Both the position numbers and the translations under genes were made by a program. Source: Candidatus Vogelbacteria bacterium (GTDB lineage: Bacteria; Patescibacteriota; Minisyncoccia; Phycocordibacterales; XYD1-FULL-46-19). From it: 64,000 nucleotides of DNA. Numbering within the stretch: position 1 is the first letter of the stretch; each line of letters starts with the position of its first letter. The DNA lies in the NCBI GenBank assembly GCA_016188295.1, contig JACPIA010000009.1:1509-65508 (forward strand), written 5' to 3'. This document shows, piece after piece, positions 1 through 10,085 of the stretch. The notes beneath the pieces were generated by a model. The model saw only the letters and a program-made list of their open reading frames with translations, did not search any database and had not been told where the DNA came from.

Positions 1-320
1 TCGACATTATTACGATCATAAATAATTCCCCGCTCAGGGTAAATGTCGGTGTGGCGCAAGTGATTATTTTTACTCCGCTCGGCATAAGCCACTCCTTTAA
101 TAATTTGGAGATAACCTAATTGGCCGATAAATAACCCTCCGATCAGTATGAACAAACCAAACAACAGATATAAAGTCGTCTTAGGAATAGCTTGTTCAAT
201 CCGTCCTTCAAATTGTTGATTATTAAATGAAGGTAAATTACTGGAATCGAGCATCACTTCGTCCGGATCCAGCGGCTCATAGTGGCGTTTACGACGCCGC
301 CAAGAATCGAATATGCTCAT
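1..320 (-). CDS. mrdA: Penicillin-binding protein 2, N-terminal part (runs off the window)
   Basis: Manual translation from ATG 320: MSIFDSWRRRKRHYEPLDPDEVMLDSSNLP..., a TM segment, then LQIIKG..YAERSKNNHLR..IYPERGIIYDRN (class B PBP dimerisation-domain start); follows mreBC. Confidence 0.85.
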   Translation of the reverse strand, partial: MSIFDSWRRRKRHYEPLDPDEVMLDSSNLPSFNNQQFEGRIEQAIPKTTLYLLFGLFILIGGLFIGQLGYLQIIKGVAYAERSKNNHLRHTDIYPERGIIYDRNNV

Positions 321-558
321 ACAATTTATTGATTATAACCACCAACGCTAAAGTAGCAATGGCTGGCCACGGCCAAGTAAGTGTTTCGCCGGCCGGTACC
401 GTGTGATACCACCATTCAAAGATCAAGACCAATCCCGCTGATTCATAATAATGAGACAAAGTAACCATGGCCGCCCCAAGTAATGAGGCTGATAGCCACC
501 ACGGCAAAAAGATGAATGACAAAAAAATAATAATAGTAATACTATGACGCCAAATCAT
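289..558 (-). CDS. Small membrane protein in the MreD position
   Basis: 89 aa, hydrophobic, lies between mreC and PBP2 with overlapping ends. Confidence 0.6.
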   Translation of the reverse strand: MIWRHSITIIIFLSFIFLPWWLSASLLGAAMVTLSHYYESAGLVLIFEWWYHTVPAGETLTWPWPAIATLALVVIINKLYEHIRFLAAS

Positions 559-1360
559 AAATAATCACCGCAGGTAATTCAAAAATATTTAACGGCGAAC
601 GAAACAAAATAGTTTGAAAAGGATTATTAGGATTATTATCGATTACTCCAACCACTCCCACCAATGACGGTGTAGTAGTGGGTACTACAATGGTATCACC
701 AACAATCACTCCAACTGCTCGTGGTAAAGAAATAGCAAAGCTACCGCCCCCACGACCAATCGCTTGTGCGGGCACTCGCCGCTGACCAACCAAAACATTT
801 AATTGTTCGCCCGGAGCCGAAAATAGACGTACTTGGCTAGTGTCGGAGCCGACAGCAGTTACTCGACCAAGTAAGACCCCGTCACTAGCCACCATCATCC
901 CGGTACTGATCGGCCGACTACTATTTTTAGATCCAACATCAACAATTAAAGTATCATAGGGTGAGCGATTAGGCTGACTAATTACCAAAGCGGGAATCCC
1001 TTGAAGGTAAACCCCACCACGGCCCCAAGCCGATTCTAGAGCTTGCCATTTGATTTGCTCGGTTTGGTGAACTATCGCTTGAACTTTTAATTTTTCATTC
1101 TCGGTAATTAAGGTCCGGTTCTCACTGACTAAAGTACGGCGAGTTTTACCGGTCTCAGCTAGAACATTTAGACTAGTATCGGCGACCGCCCCGGCCAACC
1201 ATAAAGGCCGCGACCACCATGATATTACGCCAAACAAACGTAAACCAGCCCAACCCAAAATCATTATTAAAACAAATAAACTCAAAACAACGGCCATTTG
1301 TCGCACTCGCTGTTTAAGAAAAAATTTAGCTAAACTATCGCGTTGGTAATTCATCTTCAT
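542..1360 (-). CDS. mreC: Rod shape-determining protein MreC (start probably 1360 or 1354, not 1444)
   Basis: N-terminal TM, coiled coil (ENRTLITENEKLK), then YDTLIVDVG, LLGRV and G.GGG beta-domain motifs; adjacent to mreB. Confidence 0.88.
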   Translation of the reverse strand: MKMNYQRDSLAKFFLKQRVRQMAVVLSLFVLIMILGWAGLRLFGVISWWSRPLWLAGAVADTSLNVLAETGKTRRTLVSENRTLITENEKLKVQAIVHQTEQIKWQALESAWGRGGVYLQGIPALVISQPNRSPYDTLIVDVGSKNSSRPISTGMMVASDGVLLGRVTAVGSDTSQVRLFSAPGEQLNVLVGQRRVPAQAIGRGGGSFAISLPRAVGVIVGDTIVVPTTTPSLVGVVGVIDNNPNNPFQTILFRSPLNIFELPAVIIYDLAS

Positions 1361-2390
1361 CATCCAGTAGAATATCACGATATGCGGCAATGTCCTCAAG
1401 AATAACTCCCGTACCACGGACCACCGCCGTAGTTGGTTCATCAACTAAAATAATTGGAATTTGTAACTCCTTTTCGAGCAGTGCCGGCAAACCGTCAATC
1501 ATCGCACCGCCACCGACTAAAATCAAGCCCCGATGCATAATATCAGCAATCACTTCCGGCGGAGTAGTCTCCAGCACCTCTTTAATCGCTTCGACCAACA
1601 AGGTAATTGACGAAGACATAGCCTCGCGGATGTCGCCGTCAGTCACAATCACCTCCCGCGGCAAACCAGTAACTAAGTCACGACCTCGGATTGAGGCTTC
1701 ATGTGGTTCTTTGCCTTTAATCACCGAGCCAATAGCCATCTTAACATCCTCAGCTGTACGTTCACCCAGTAAAATTTTAAATTCATCTCGGATATAAGAG
1801 ATAATATCTTGATTAAGCCGATCGCCAGCCACATGTAAATTGCGTGATTTTACGATTCCGCCTAACGAAAGCACAGCAATGTCCACCGTACCACCACCGA
1901 TGTCCACCAACATTGTCCCCACTGGATCATGCACCGGCAAACGGATACCAAAAGCGGCAGCCATCGGCTTCTCGATAATATGGACTTGTCTGGCGCCGGC
2001 ATTTCTAGCAGCGTCGCGCACAGCGCGACGCTCTACATTAGTAATCCCCGACGGTACACTGATCACTACGCGTGGCCGAAAAAAGATTCGCCCTGGGATT
2101 TGGGCGACCGCCTTTTTCATAAAATAAGCAAGCATCTCCTCAGCCACCTCAAAGTTGGAAATAACACCATTAGCTAGTGGTTTAACGGCGGCAATATGGG
2201 CCGGTGTCCGACCGATCATCTTGTTAGCATCTACGCCCACCGCTACCACTCTGCTTGTTTTTTGATTCAAGGCTACAATCGACGGCTCATTTAATACAAT
2301 ACCGTGCCCCTTAACGTAAATTAAAGTAGTGGCCGTACCCAAATCGATCCCGAGATCGTGGGAAAACATTTCATACCAACGTTTAATCAT
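1335..2390 (-). CDS. mreB: Rod shape-determining protein MreB
   Basis: GIDLGTATT, NEPS, VDIGGGTVD and GGGA actin-like motifs. Confidence 0.95.
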   Translation of the reverse strand: MIKRWYEMFSHDLGIDLGTATTLIYVKGHGIVLNEPSIVALNQKTSRVVAVGVDANKMIGRTPAHIAAVKPLANGVISNFEVAEEMLAYFMKKAVAQIPGRIFFRPRVVISVPSGITNVERRAVRDAARNAGARQVHIIEKPMAAAFGIRLPVHDPVGTMLVDIGGGTVDIAVLSLGGIVKSRNLHVAGDRLNQDIISYIRDEFKILLGERTAEDVKMAIGSVIKGKEPHEASIRGRDLVTGLPREVIVTDGDIREAMSSSITLLVEAIKEVLETTPPEVIADIMHRGLILVGGGAMIDGLPALLEKELQIPIILVDEPTTAVVRGTGVILEDIAAYRDILLDDEDELPTR

Positions 2391-3640
2391 ATATTAACAG
2401 CGCGATTTAACACTTCATCTAAAGCCACCAATTCCGTTTTACCGACACCACGATTGAACCATTCCACCGAATTATTAGCTAACGTTTTGACACTGATTAC
2501 TAAACGATGAGGAATACCAATCAGATCCGCATCACCAAACTTTTCTCCCGCACCTGCTACGCGATCATCAAACAATACTTCAATATTTTTAGCTGACAAT
2601 TCTTCATAAATAGTCTTGGCTTTAGTTGTCACTACCTCATCATTACCGAGCATAATTAAATGAATAGCAAATGGAGCTACATTGTCCGGCCAATTAATAC
2701 CGGTGTCCGTACCGCATAATTCGGCAATTGTACCAAACAAACGCGTTACCCCCAAACCATAACTACCCATCACTACCGACACTCGTTCGCCAGCTTCATT
2801 GACGTAAGTAAGCCCCAAAGCCTCGGCGTATTTAGTACCCAATTTAAAAATATTGCCCACTTCAATCGCCGTCTCTTTAGATAACTCTTTTTCGTCCAAA
2901 CCCAATTCCGCTAACACTTCCGGTCTATAAACCTCATCATTAATCGCGATTTCTTTGTCCCGCGACAAATAAATAATATCCTCACCAGCCGAGCAGATCG
3001 CTTGGAATTCGTGACTGTATTTACTAAAAGTACCACCCGAAGCGAAAGTTAAAAAAGTTTGAGCCCCAATCCCTACTCGATCAAACACTCGCCGATAGGC
3101 CACTTTAGCTTTTTCATAAAAAGTATCCAGTCCAGCTTGATCCACATTAAAGGAGTATAAGTCCTTCATCAAAAACTCACGTCCGCGTAAAATACCGCTT
3201 TTGGCTCGGACCTCATTGCGGAATTTGGTTTGGATTTGGTAAACATACACCGGCAAATCACGATAAGATTGAATGTGATCAATCATCAATTTAGCGAGTG
3301 GCTCCTCGTGAGTAAAACCTAAACCAAGTTCAGTGTCATTTTTTAATTTAGTTTTAAACCAATTGTCCACCACCTCATCACTCCAACGACCAGAGGCCTG
3401 CCAGACCGCTGGATCTTGGAGTGTCGCCAATCGTAATTCTTGACCCCCGATTTTATTCATTTCCTCACGGATAATTTGACTGATTTTATCCAACACGCGC
3501 AAACCTAATGGTAACAAGACATAGACCCCCGCCAATGACTTAGCAATAAAACCACCGCGAATCAATAACTTGGCATTTTTAGCCACCTCATCTTTAGGAT
3601 CCTCCCGCCGCGTCTTGGTAAACAGCTGTGATTGCAACAT
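2387..3640 (-). CDS. proS: Prolyl-tRNA synthetase, short form without the editing insertion
   Basis: THEE, QTKFRNEVR..GILRGREFLMKDLYSF, IEVGNIFKLG and MGSYGLG motifs. Confidence 0.95.
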   Translation of the reverse strand: MLQSQLFTKTRREDPKDEVAKNAKLLIRGGFIAKSLAGVYVLLPLGLRVLDKISQIIREEMNKIGGQELRLATLQDPAVWQASGRWSDEVVDNWFKTKLKNDTELGLGFTHEEPLAKLMIDHIQSYRDLPVYVYQIQTKFRNEVRAKSGILRGREFLMKDLYSFNVDQAGLDTFYEKAKVAYRRVFDRVGIGAQTFLTFASGGTFSKYSHEFQAICSAGEDIIYLSRDKEIAINDEVYRPEVLAELGLDEKELSKETAIEVGNIFKLGTKYAEALGLTYVNEAGERVSVVMGSYGLGVTRLFGTIAELCGTDTGINWPDNVAPFAIHLIMLGNDEVVTTKAKTIYEELSAKNIEVLFDDRVAGAGEKFGDADLIGIPHRLVISVKTLANNSVEWFNRGVGKTELVALDEVLNRAVNI

Positions 3641-3684
3641 ATTCTCCTATCTTACTGCAGAACCAAATAAAAAGAAAATATTGG

Positions 3685-4788
3685 TTAAAGTAATCGACTG
3701 ATGTCGTGCCAGGTAACTACAAACATTAGACTAAGTAGTAAAACAAAACCGATTAAATTTAAAATATTGGCAATTCGCGGTTTAATCGGTGAACCCTTAA
3801 TGGACTCAATTAAGACAAAAAGTAGACGTCCTCCATCTAGAGCCGGGAATGGGATTAAATTAAGGACCGCCAAGTTGATGGAAATAAAAGCCACAAATGA
3901 GAGTAAGTAAGCCAAACCAAGAGTCCGGGCATCACCGACTAAACCAGCCAAACCGACCGGTCCAGTCACCGAGTCAAGTGTGGCCAGACCTTGGACCGCT
4001 TGTACCGCCAAATGCCCTAAACCCTGGACTGTTAACTTAGTTAGAGAGATCGTCATCTTAAACGCTTGCCAAGGTGCTTGCCACCACGCAAAAGCAACTG
4101 TACCCACTTGTCCCAGTATCACCCCAAGAGCGGGTTGATTTGGCGCTCCGGCAATCAAGCCCATTTCGGGTTTTACTCGATAATCAACTGTCTCTCCTTT
4201 TGAGGTAACCACTTTTATACTCAGACCATCGCCACTAGTGCTAATAAAATTAATTGCTTGTTTAGCACTAGTGGGCACTAACTCTTCGCCAGCTCGGGTT
4301 AGTAAGAGGACTTGATCGCCGGTTTTAAGACCCACTTTAGCGGCTGGCGTACCTGGCACTATCGTTAAAATAGTTAAGTGGATGTCTTCAACAATGGCAC
4401 TAGCCGGCACACCTTCGACACTCATCGGCACACCGACCCCTAGAGCGATACTCAAAAACAACCAAGCTAAAATAATATTGGCGGTCACTCCTGCTATTAA
4501 TACTAGTGCTTGAGTCCATTTAGATTTAGCGATCAAACTGTCGGGAGTCGAAGTTACCCCCGACACTAGCTCCTCCGGTGTCTCGCCAAAAATACGAACA
4601 AAACCGCCAAATGGGATTAAATTAAGCGAGTAGAGTGTTTCCCCATAACGGATACCAAAAACTTTAGGGGGAAAGCCTAGTCCAAACTCATCCACTCTAA
4701 TACCCGACCACTTAGCTACCACAAAGTGACCCAGCTCGTGGAAAAAGACAAGTACCGCCAAAATAATCAAAAAAATAATGACGGTCAT
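3685..4788 (-). CDS. rseP: Site-2 (M50) intramembrane metalloprotease with PDZ domain
   Basis: HELGH zinc motif and NLIPFPALDGG. Confidence 0.92.
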   Translation of the reverse strand: MTVIIFLIILAVLVFFHELGHFVVAKWSGIRVDEFGLGFPPKVFGIRYGETLYSLNLIPFGGFVRIFGETPEELVSGVTSTPDSLIAKSKWTQALVLIAGVTANIILAWLFLSIALGVGVPMSVEGVPASAIVEDIHLTILTIVPGTPAAKVGLKTGDQVLLLTRAGEELVPTSAKQAINFISTSGDGLSIKVVTSKGETVDYRVKPEMGLIAGAPNQPALGVILGQVGTVAFAWWQAPWQAFKMTISLTKLTVQGLGHLAVQAVQGLATLDSVTGPVGLAGLVGDARTLGLAYLLSFVAFISINLAVLNLIPFPALDGGRLLFVLIESIKGSPIKPRIANILNLIGFVLLLSLMFVVTWHDISRLL

Positions 4789-5339
4789 TCGTTTAATATC
4801 TCAATTTCACGCTTGTCAGCACTAACTTCCAATTTACTATTACCATCGTCAACCAACTTTTGTAACTCGGTTTTATAACGTCGCTCATCATCCTCACTTA
4901 ACTCACCCGCCTTACGTCTGGTTGATAAATCAGAGAGTATCTTCTCTCGCTCTTGGCGTAATGAAATTTTAGCCTCTTCTAATTTAGCTTTTAAGGTTTT
5001 AACCAACATCTTGCGTCGCTCTTCAGTTAACGGCGGAAAATTGAGCCGCAATCCCGATCCATCAGCTACCGCATTAACACCCAAATTAGAGGCCGCTACC
5101 GCTGACTCAATCGTTTTAATTTGACTGTGATCCCAAGGATTAATCCGTAAGGTCCGAGCATCCTCGATTGAAATCACTGCTATATGTTTAAGTGGTGTCA
5201 GAATACCATAAGATTCGACCATAACGTGGTCCAGCAACCCCGGTGTGGCTCGACCAGTGCGTAACGAAGCCGATTCGTTAGTAAACCACCCTAAGACGGA
5301 CGCAACGCGTTGTTGGAAAGGAGAAAAAGAATAATTCAT
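4785..5339 (-). CDS. frr: Ribosome recycling factor
   Basis: LRTGRATPGLLD, PPLTEERRK. Confidence 0.95.
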   Translation of the reverse strand: MNYSFSPFQQRVASVLGWFTNESASLRTGRATPGLLDHVMVESYGILTPLKHIAVISIEDARTLRINPWDHSQIKTIESAVAASNLGVNAVADGSGLRLNFPPLTEERRKMLVKTLKAKLEEAKISLRQEREKILSDLSTRRKAGELSEDDERRYKTELQKLVDDGNSKLEVSADKREIEILNE

Positions 5340-5350
5340 GACTATTTTAA

Positions 5351-6061
5351 CTATTTACTCTGATTGTAAGATACTGGTAATACGAGCGCAAGTTCTTCTA
5401 ATAATAATTTAGGGATACTACCCGGAATTGAGAGCCAGTGCCTAGCTTCAGCAATCACTTCGCTACCATGATTGGTTAAATTTTGAGCAAATTCCCGCTC
5501 TAGTAACGCTAACCAAACTCCTAATTTAGCCTTGCGCTCAGCGCCTTCATCCTCAGCGAGCAAATTCTCGATAATTACTAAACGTTTACTCACTGGCGAG
5601 ATCAGAAAATCAGTGACTGATTTAAGTAAAACATGAGCCAATGGATTAACCCAAAGACCAGTGTCCACTACGCGCACTCGCGAGAGTAAAGTAGGCAATA
5701 ATGAAGCATTACCCTCGATAATAAAAAAGAAATGAGTATCAGTAGTAGGTTCCTCGAGGGTTTTGAGTAATACGTTTTGCGCTTCACGAGTAAGTGTTAG
5801 ACAACTAATTACAAAAAATTTTTTACCATCGGCATAGGCTCGGCGTGACTGCAACACCGTCAACTCGCGAGCCTCCTCAATCCCTAGACTGTCATACTCG
5901 CGCAAGTAAAAATCAGGATAACTGACTAAAGAGGCACCGGCTAATAACTGCTGGCTGATAAATTGATCTAAAACCTCACGCACTAAAACCCGATCTCCTT
6001 TTAAGATGTAAGCGGAATATAAACTGCCATTATTTCCAATTAACTTTGATGAAACGTCCAT
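5351..6061 (-). CDS. holB: DNA polymerase III delta-prime-like clamp-loader subunit (reduced)
   Basis: EAQNVLLKTLEEP and LLPTLLSR motifs. Confidence 0.75.
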   Translation of the reverse strand: MDVSSKLIGNNGSLYSAYILKGDRVLVREVLDQFISQQLLAGASLVSYPDFYLREYDSLGIEEARELTVLQSRRAYADGKKFFVISCLTLTREAQNVLLKTLEEPTTDTHFFFIIEGNASLLPTLLSRVRVVDTGLWVNPLAHVLLKSVTDFLISPVSKRLVIIENLLAEDEGAERKAKLGVWLALLEREFAQNLTNHGSEVIAEARHWLSIPGSIPKLLLEELALVLPVSYNQSK

Positions 6062-7095
6062 TATTTTGAGATAATACTTTTTTTGTAAGTATCTAAATGC
6101 TCAAGGGCCACTCCAGTACCTTTAACCACGCAATAAAGCGGATCATCAGCGAGTATCGCTTTAACCCCCGTGCGCCGATACACTAACTCTGGTAAGTGAC
6201 GTAATTGCGACGAGCCGCCGGTCATGGTGATACCTCGATCAATAATGTCGGAGGAGAGCTCTGGTGGCGTGTCATGAAAAACGGTTTTAATCGCTTTAAT
6301 CATTTCTCGTAGTTCATTGTCGATCGCACGACAAATCTCATTGGTTTTAACTTCCACCGAACGCGGTAAACCAGTCATAAAATCTCGACCCTTAATGGTG
6401 TAAATCAGCTCTTCTTCCACTGGTACAGCACTGCCAATAGCAATTTTTACTTCCTCAGCTGTCTTGTCACCAATCGCCAAATTAAACGTCTTTTTGATGT
6501 AATCAGCAATTGCTTGATCAATTTTATTACCAGCATATTTGACAGAGGTAGAGGCAACAATACCACCTAAAGAGATAACAGCGACATCGGTAGTACCACC
6601 ACCAATGTCTACAATCATATGACCATGAGCCTCGTAAATAGGAATACCGGCACCGATGGCGGCCAAAATCGGTTCTTTAACTACATAGGCATTTTTGGCG
6701 CCAGCTTTGACTGTAGCCTCAATAACCGCTCGCCGCTCGGTCGAGGTCACACCAGCTGGCACCGAAACTAAAACATCGGGTTTAAAGATGTTCCACCGAC
6801 CTAGTGCTTTGCTGATATAATATTTAAGCATCACCTCAGTAACACGGTAATCAGCAATGACACCATCTTTCATTGGCCGATAAGCCACAATATTGTCGGG
6901 CGTCTTGCCAACCATCTCTTTAGCCTCTGCACCAACCGCAACAACCTTGTTATCAATTTCAGAAATAGCCACTACTGATGGCTCATTTAACACAATCCCC
7001 TGTCCGGGCAAAAAAACCAAGGTATTAGCCGTCCCTAAATCAATTCCTAATTTAGGTTTAAAGTTTATAGACATTTCCCCGTCATTATGTCCCAT
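6061..7095 (-). CDS. mreB: Second MreB/Mbl paralog (alternative start 7074)
   Basis: GIDLGTANT, EPILAAIGAG, VDIGGGTTD. Confidence 0.93.
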   Translation of the reverse strand: MGHNDGEMSINFKPKLGIDLGTANTLVFLPGQGIVLNEPSVVAISEIDNKVVAVGAEAKEMVGKTPDNIVAYRPMKDGVIADYRVTEVMLKYYISKALGRWNIFKPDVLVSVPAGVTSTERRAVIEATVKAGAKNAYVVKEPILAAIGAGIPIYEAHGHMIVDIGGGTTDVAVISLGGIVASTSVKYAGNKIDQAIADYIKKTFNLAIGDKTAEEVKIAIGSAVPVEEELIYTIKGRDFMTGLPRSVEVKTNEICRAIDNELREMIKAIKTVFHDTPPELSSDIIDRGITMTGGSSQLRHLPELVYRRTGVKAILADDPLYCVVKGTGVALEHLDTYKKSIISK

Positions 7096-7238
7096 TCTCG
7101 CCCTCGGAGCAACTTGACTAAAATTGGAGAAAAAGAAAAGCCACTTAATATGTCATGACATAAATCACGTCATATCATTTTTCTAAATATCCTTATTTTT
7201 GACGACCGTCTAATATAAGGATGAAATATTGAATTACA

Positions 7239-7263
7239 ACCACAGAGGACCGTCCTATGTGGT
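7239..7263. repeat. Dispersed REP-like palindrome, one mismatch to the copies flanking the transposase
   Basis: accacagaggac-c-gtcctatgtggt versus accacagaggac-c-gtcctctgtggt at 35670. Confidence 0.85.
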
Positions 7264-7299
7264 AAAGGATGTGGTGTAATAAAAACAACAAACCCGCCT

Positions 7300-9342
7300 C
7301 TATTGTGTCAAATTGGGAACTGAGGTGGGAACCACTGGCTCGGGTGGCAAAATATTATGGTCAACAGTGATATCGCTGTCCCAAGTGCCACGAGAGAGAG
7401 TGGTGGGTGGCGATTGGTACACTTTTTTGTAAGAACCATCGGATCGTTTTTCTTCAATCGAAAGCGAGTAGACACCGGGACGAACGAGAACATAAAAACG
7501 GCCAAGACCATCAGCCACCACATGTTTTACTTCTTGATTTAAATCCGGGATCGAGAGTCGAATAATCGCAAACGGAATTGGTAATTTAGTCTCACGCCAA
7601 GTAATAGCGCGAACATGTCGTTTAATCCCCCACAGACGTTCCAACACTGCCAATAAAACGTAAGCCGCTAATAGGCCAAAGGAGAGCCAACTTGGCGCGT
7701 AAGTGGCACTACCTACTGCCGTTAATAAGCCAATAGCATAAATACTCTTTTGGATTCGCGCTCTAATTAATTCTTTTTTAGCATTAGCCACTAGAGTGGT
7801 AGACTGACTTTTAGTAAACTCGTTCCAGTCAAAACCAATCGGATCAAGTGGTACATTGCGGTCAATCACTTCATCAGGACCAGTAACGAAAGATTCTCCA
7901 AAATATAAGTTGCCATAAAGCTCATCAGCACTACGTCCAGCCAAAGTAGTCGAAGGAAATTGGTAATGGGTCTTTCCGGCCTTAAGAGTATAGGTACCAG
8001 GTGGAAGAAAAAAGCCATAGCGTCCATCAATATCGGTAATAGCACTCGACATTTCTTTACCCTCCTGTTCGATGGTGACATAGGCCGGGTCAATTGGTTG
8101 TTTAGTCACCGCATCATAGACAGTACCCCATGGTTTATGCTTTTTTCTGAAGCCTAAATAACCAGATAGAGCTCCCAAGGCGCGCAAAATAATCAAATAT
8201 AGATCGTACCAAGAACCAATCGCACTGAGGGGCACTAAAATTTGGGCCGAACCAACCAGTAAACCAGCGCCGACCACTAAAGGAGCTACCACTTGTTCCA
8301 CGATGGTAACCGGTATTAAGGCGACAGCTCCCTCAACTTGTAAGTGACCAGTGATCCGTTTTAGACTTTGATTGTTATAATTGATAATGTAAATAGCGAC
8401 CGGATATTTACCCCCGGCACCTAGTGGAGCAATTGTCGCCGAATAGCCTTTACCATCAGCGGTCAATTTAAGTAAAAAAGAAAAACTACTTTTAGGATTT
8501 AACGGATTAGAAATAGTGACCCCAATCGTTTTTAACACTTCCGGCACTTGCTCGTAGGATAAGTAAATGGTAGTCTCCTTATCCGCTCGCAATAAAATCG
8601 TCTCTCCAGCTTTAAGATATTGTGGTGGTTGTCCCGATTGATAAAAGACAAACCCCTCAATCTCAAAGTCGCTACGACCAGCACTTGGTAAATCAGCAAA
8701 TGGATCAATTGGTGACTCAGTAATTGGCGGGCAATCATCGCTGACACATTCTTCTGGTGGTTCTTCACAATCATCACCAATACATGGCTCATCAGGATTG
8801 GTTAGGGGGACAGTCGCTTGGGCGACCGCACCCGAGGAATAAGCATCAGTGTTCGAACGAACAAAAGCGGTGTAATAATAAGTGATACCAGGGTCAACTA
8901 AAATGTCGATCACTGCCTCGCTTGTGCCATCGTAAATTAAAGTACCTTGATCTGGAGCGGTAATAAATGAGTCGGTAGAGCGGACAATACGTACGGCGGT
9001 AAAATCGGTAAAACTGGGATTATGCCAAGTTAAATCAATGTTTTGACTATCGCTGTTATAAACTGCCTGAAAATTGGTAACGTTTGGAATGGTAGTAGCA
9101 TAAATACAACTACCATCATCTTCATCAGCATTGGCATCATAATTTAGAGCCGTTGGATCGATACAACCGGGTGTCGATCCTCCCCCTCCACCACAATCTT
9201 CAGTACACCCCCCTCCACTAGTCACGGTCCCACTAACATTTATCGCATCGGAGGCGGTCTGGGCATAAGCACTGATATTAAAAATATTGAAGAATAACAC
9301 CAAACTAGCTAATAAGTAAAAATTAAAAAAGTGGCATCGCAT
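7300..9342 (-). CDS. Large secreted/membrane surface protein (Cys/Asp-rich motif, FN3-like domain, carboxypeptidase-regulatory-like domains)
   Basis: Signal peptide; GCIDPTALNYDANADEDDGSC; LTW..P...GITYYYTAF; TM segments; GTVYDAVTKQPI..AITDIDGRYGF..PGTY. Confidence 0.7.
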   Translation of the reverse strand: MRCHFFNFYLLASLVLFFNIFNISAYAQTASDAINVSGTVTSGGGCTEDCGGGGGSTPGCIDPTALNYDANADEDDGSCIYATTIPNVTNFQAVYNSDSQNIDLTWHNPSFTDFTAVRIVRSTDSFITAPDQGTLIYDGTSEAVIDILVDPGITYYYTAFVRSNTDAYSSGAVAQATVPLTNPDEPCIGDDCEEPPEECVSDDCPPITESPIDPFADLPSAGRSDFEIEGFVFYQSGQPPQYLKAGETILLRADKETTIYLSYEQVPEVLKTIGVTISNPLNPKSSFSFLLKLTADGKGYSATIAPLGAGGKYPVAIYIINYNNQSLKRITGHLQVEGAVALIPVTIVEQVVAPLVVGAGLLVGSAQILVPLSAIGSWYDLYLIILRALGALSGYLGFRKKHKPWGTVYDAVTKQPIDPAYVTIEQEGKEMSSAITDIDGRYGFFLPPGTYTLKAGKTHYQFPSTTLAGRSADELYGNLYFGESFVTGPDEVIDRNVPLDPIGFDWNEFTKSQSTTLVANAKKELIRARIQKSIYAIGLLTAVGSATYAPSWLSFGLLAAYVLLAVLERLWGIKRHVRAITWRETKLPIPFAIIRLSIPDLNQEVKHVVADGLGRFYVLVRPGVYSLSIEEKRSDGSYKKVYQSPPTTLSRGTWDSDITVDHNILPPEPVVPTSVPNLTQ

Positions 9343-9347
9343 AATTT

Positions 9348-10085
9348 TTAGAGAGCCGTAGCGGTGACGGTAATAGCGGCCGAGTAAACACCGGTGGCCG
9401 GCGTGGCACTAGCTCCCGCCTCGGCTCTAAAGCGAACTAAGGTGTCAGTACCACTGGTCGCTGATGTTTTTCGACTAATTGTTTGATCAGTAGTGGTTAA
9501 AGCGGTCCAACAACTACTAGCAGTGTCACTGCTACCAGCATTGCAACTGGTTCCATTATCTTTAAAAGCGGCCACAATATCAGTCCCCTCCGGAGTAAAA
9601 CCAAATTCTTTAGCCGTGGCCGCTACGGTCCAAGTAAAATCAGGATCAACACCGGTCGGCCCATAATTGGCGAAATTATTACCACTAGAGGTAAAGGCCG
9701 GGCTGGCCCCCGCTTTGATTGCTAAGGTATAACCAGCGGCATTATCAGTTGATACTGTCCAAGTGGCACTACCGTTAGCTTGGCCACCGTCAGTGTCAGT
9801 GATCGTCCCACTCAAGGTAACATCCGCCGGTGCTGTGATCGACAAAGTTCCGCCTTGCATCGCTTGGTAACCAGCATGGAGATTATAGCTAGCACTGGTA
9901 GAAGTGCCAGTACCAAGTTCCCCGACGGTGTCCTCCATTACAAAGTTAGCCGAATTTGAACGCACTCCAGCAAAATTAATACTGTCACTTTGTAACCGAT
10001 AATTAGAACTGGCCGCCACATAAGCTAAGGCCATTGAAGAAGTCAGACTAAACAAGCAAATAATCGCCAAAAGATACCGGATCAT
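9348..10085 (-). CDS. Secreted Ser/Thr/Ala-rich beta protein, WxL/fimbrial-subunit-like
   Basis: Signal peptide; WTVSTDNAAGYTL; C-terminal GVYSAAITVTATAL strand. Confidence 0.6.
   Translation of the reverse strand: MIRYLLAIICLFSLTSSMALAYVAASSNYRLQSDSINFAGVRSNSANFVMEDTVGELGTGTSTSASYNLHAGYQAMQGGTLSITAPADVTLSGTITDTDGGQANGSATWTVSTDNAAGYTLAIKAGASPAFTSSGNNFANYGPTGVDPDFTWTVAATAKEFGFTPEGTDIVAAFKDNGTSCNAGSSDTASSCWTALTTTDQTISRKTSATSGTDTLVRFRAEAGASATPATGVYSAAITVTATAL

Noticed and set aside
1335-7095. Two mreB genes as a novelty
   Set aside because: MreB paralogs are common; both look ordinary
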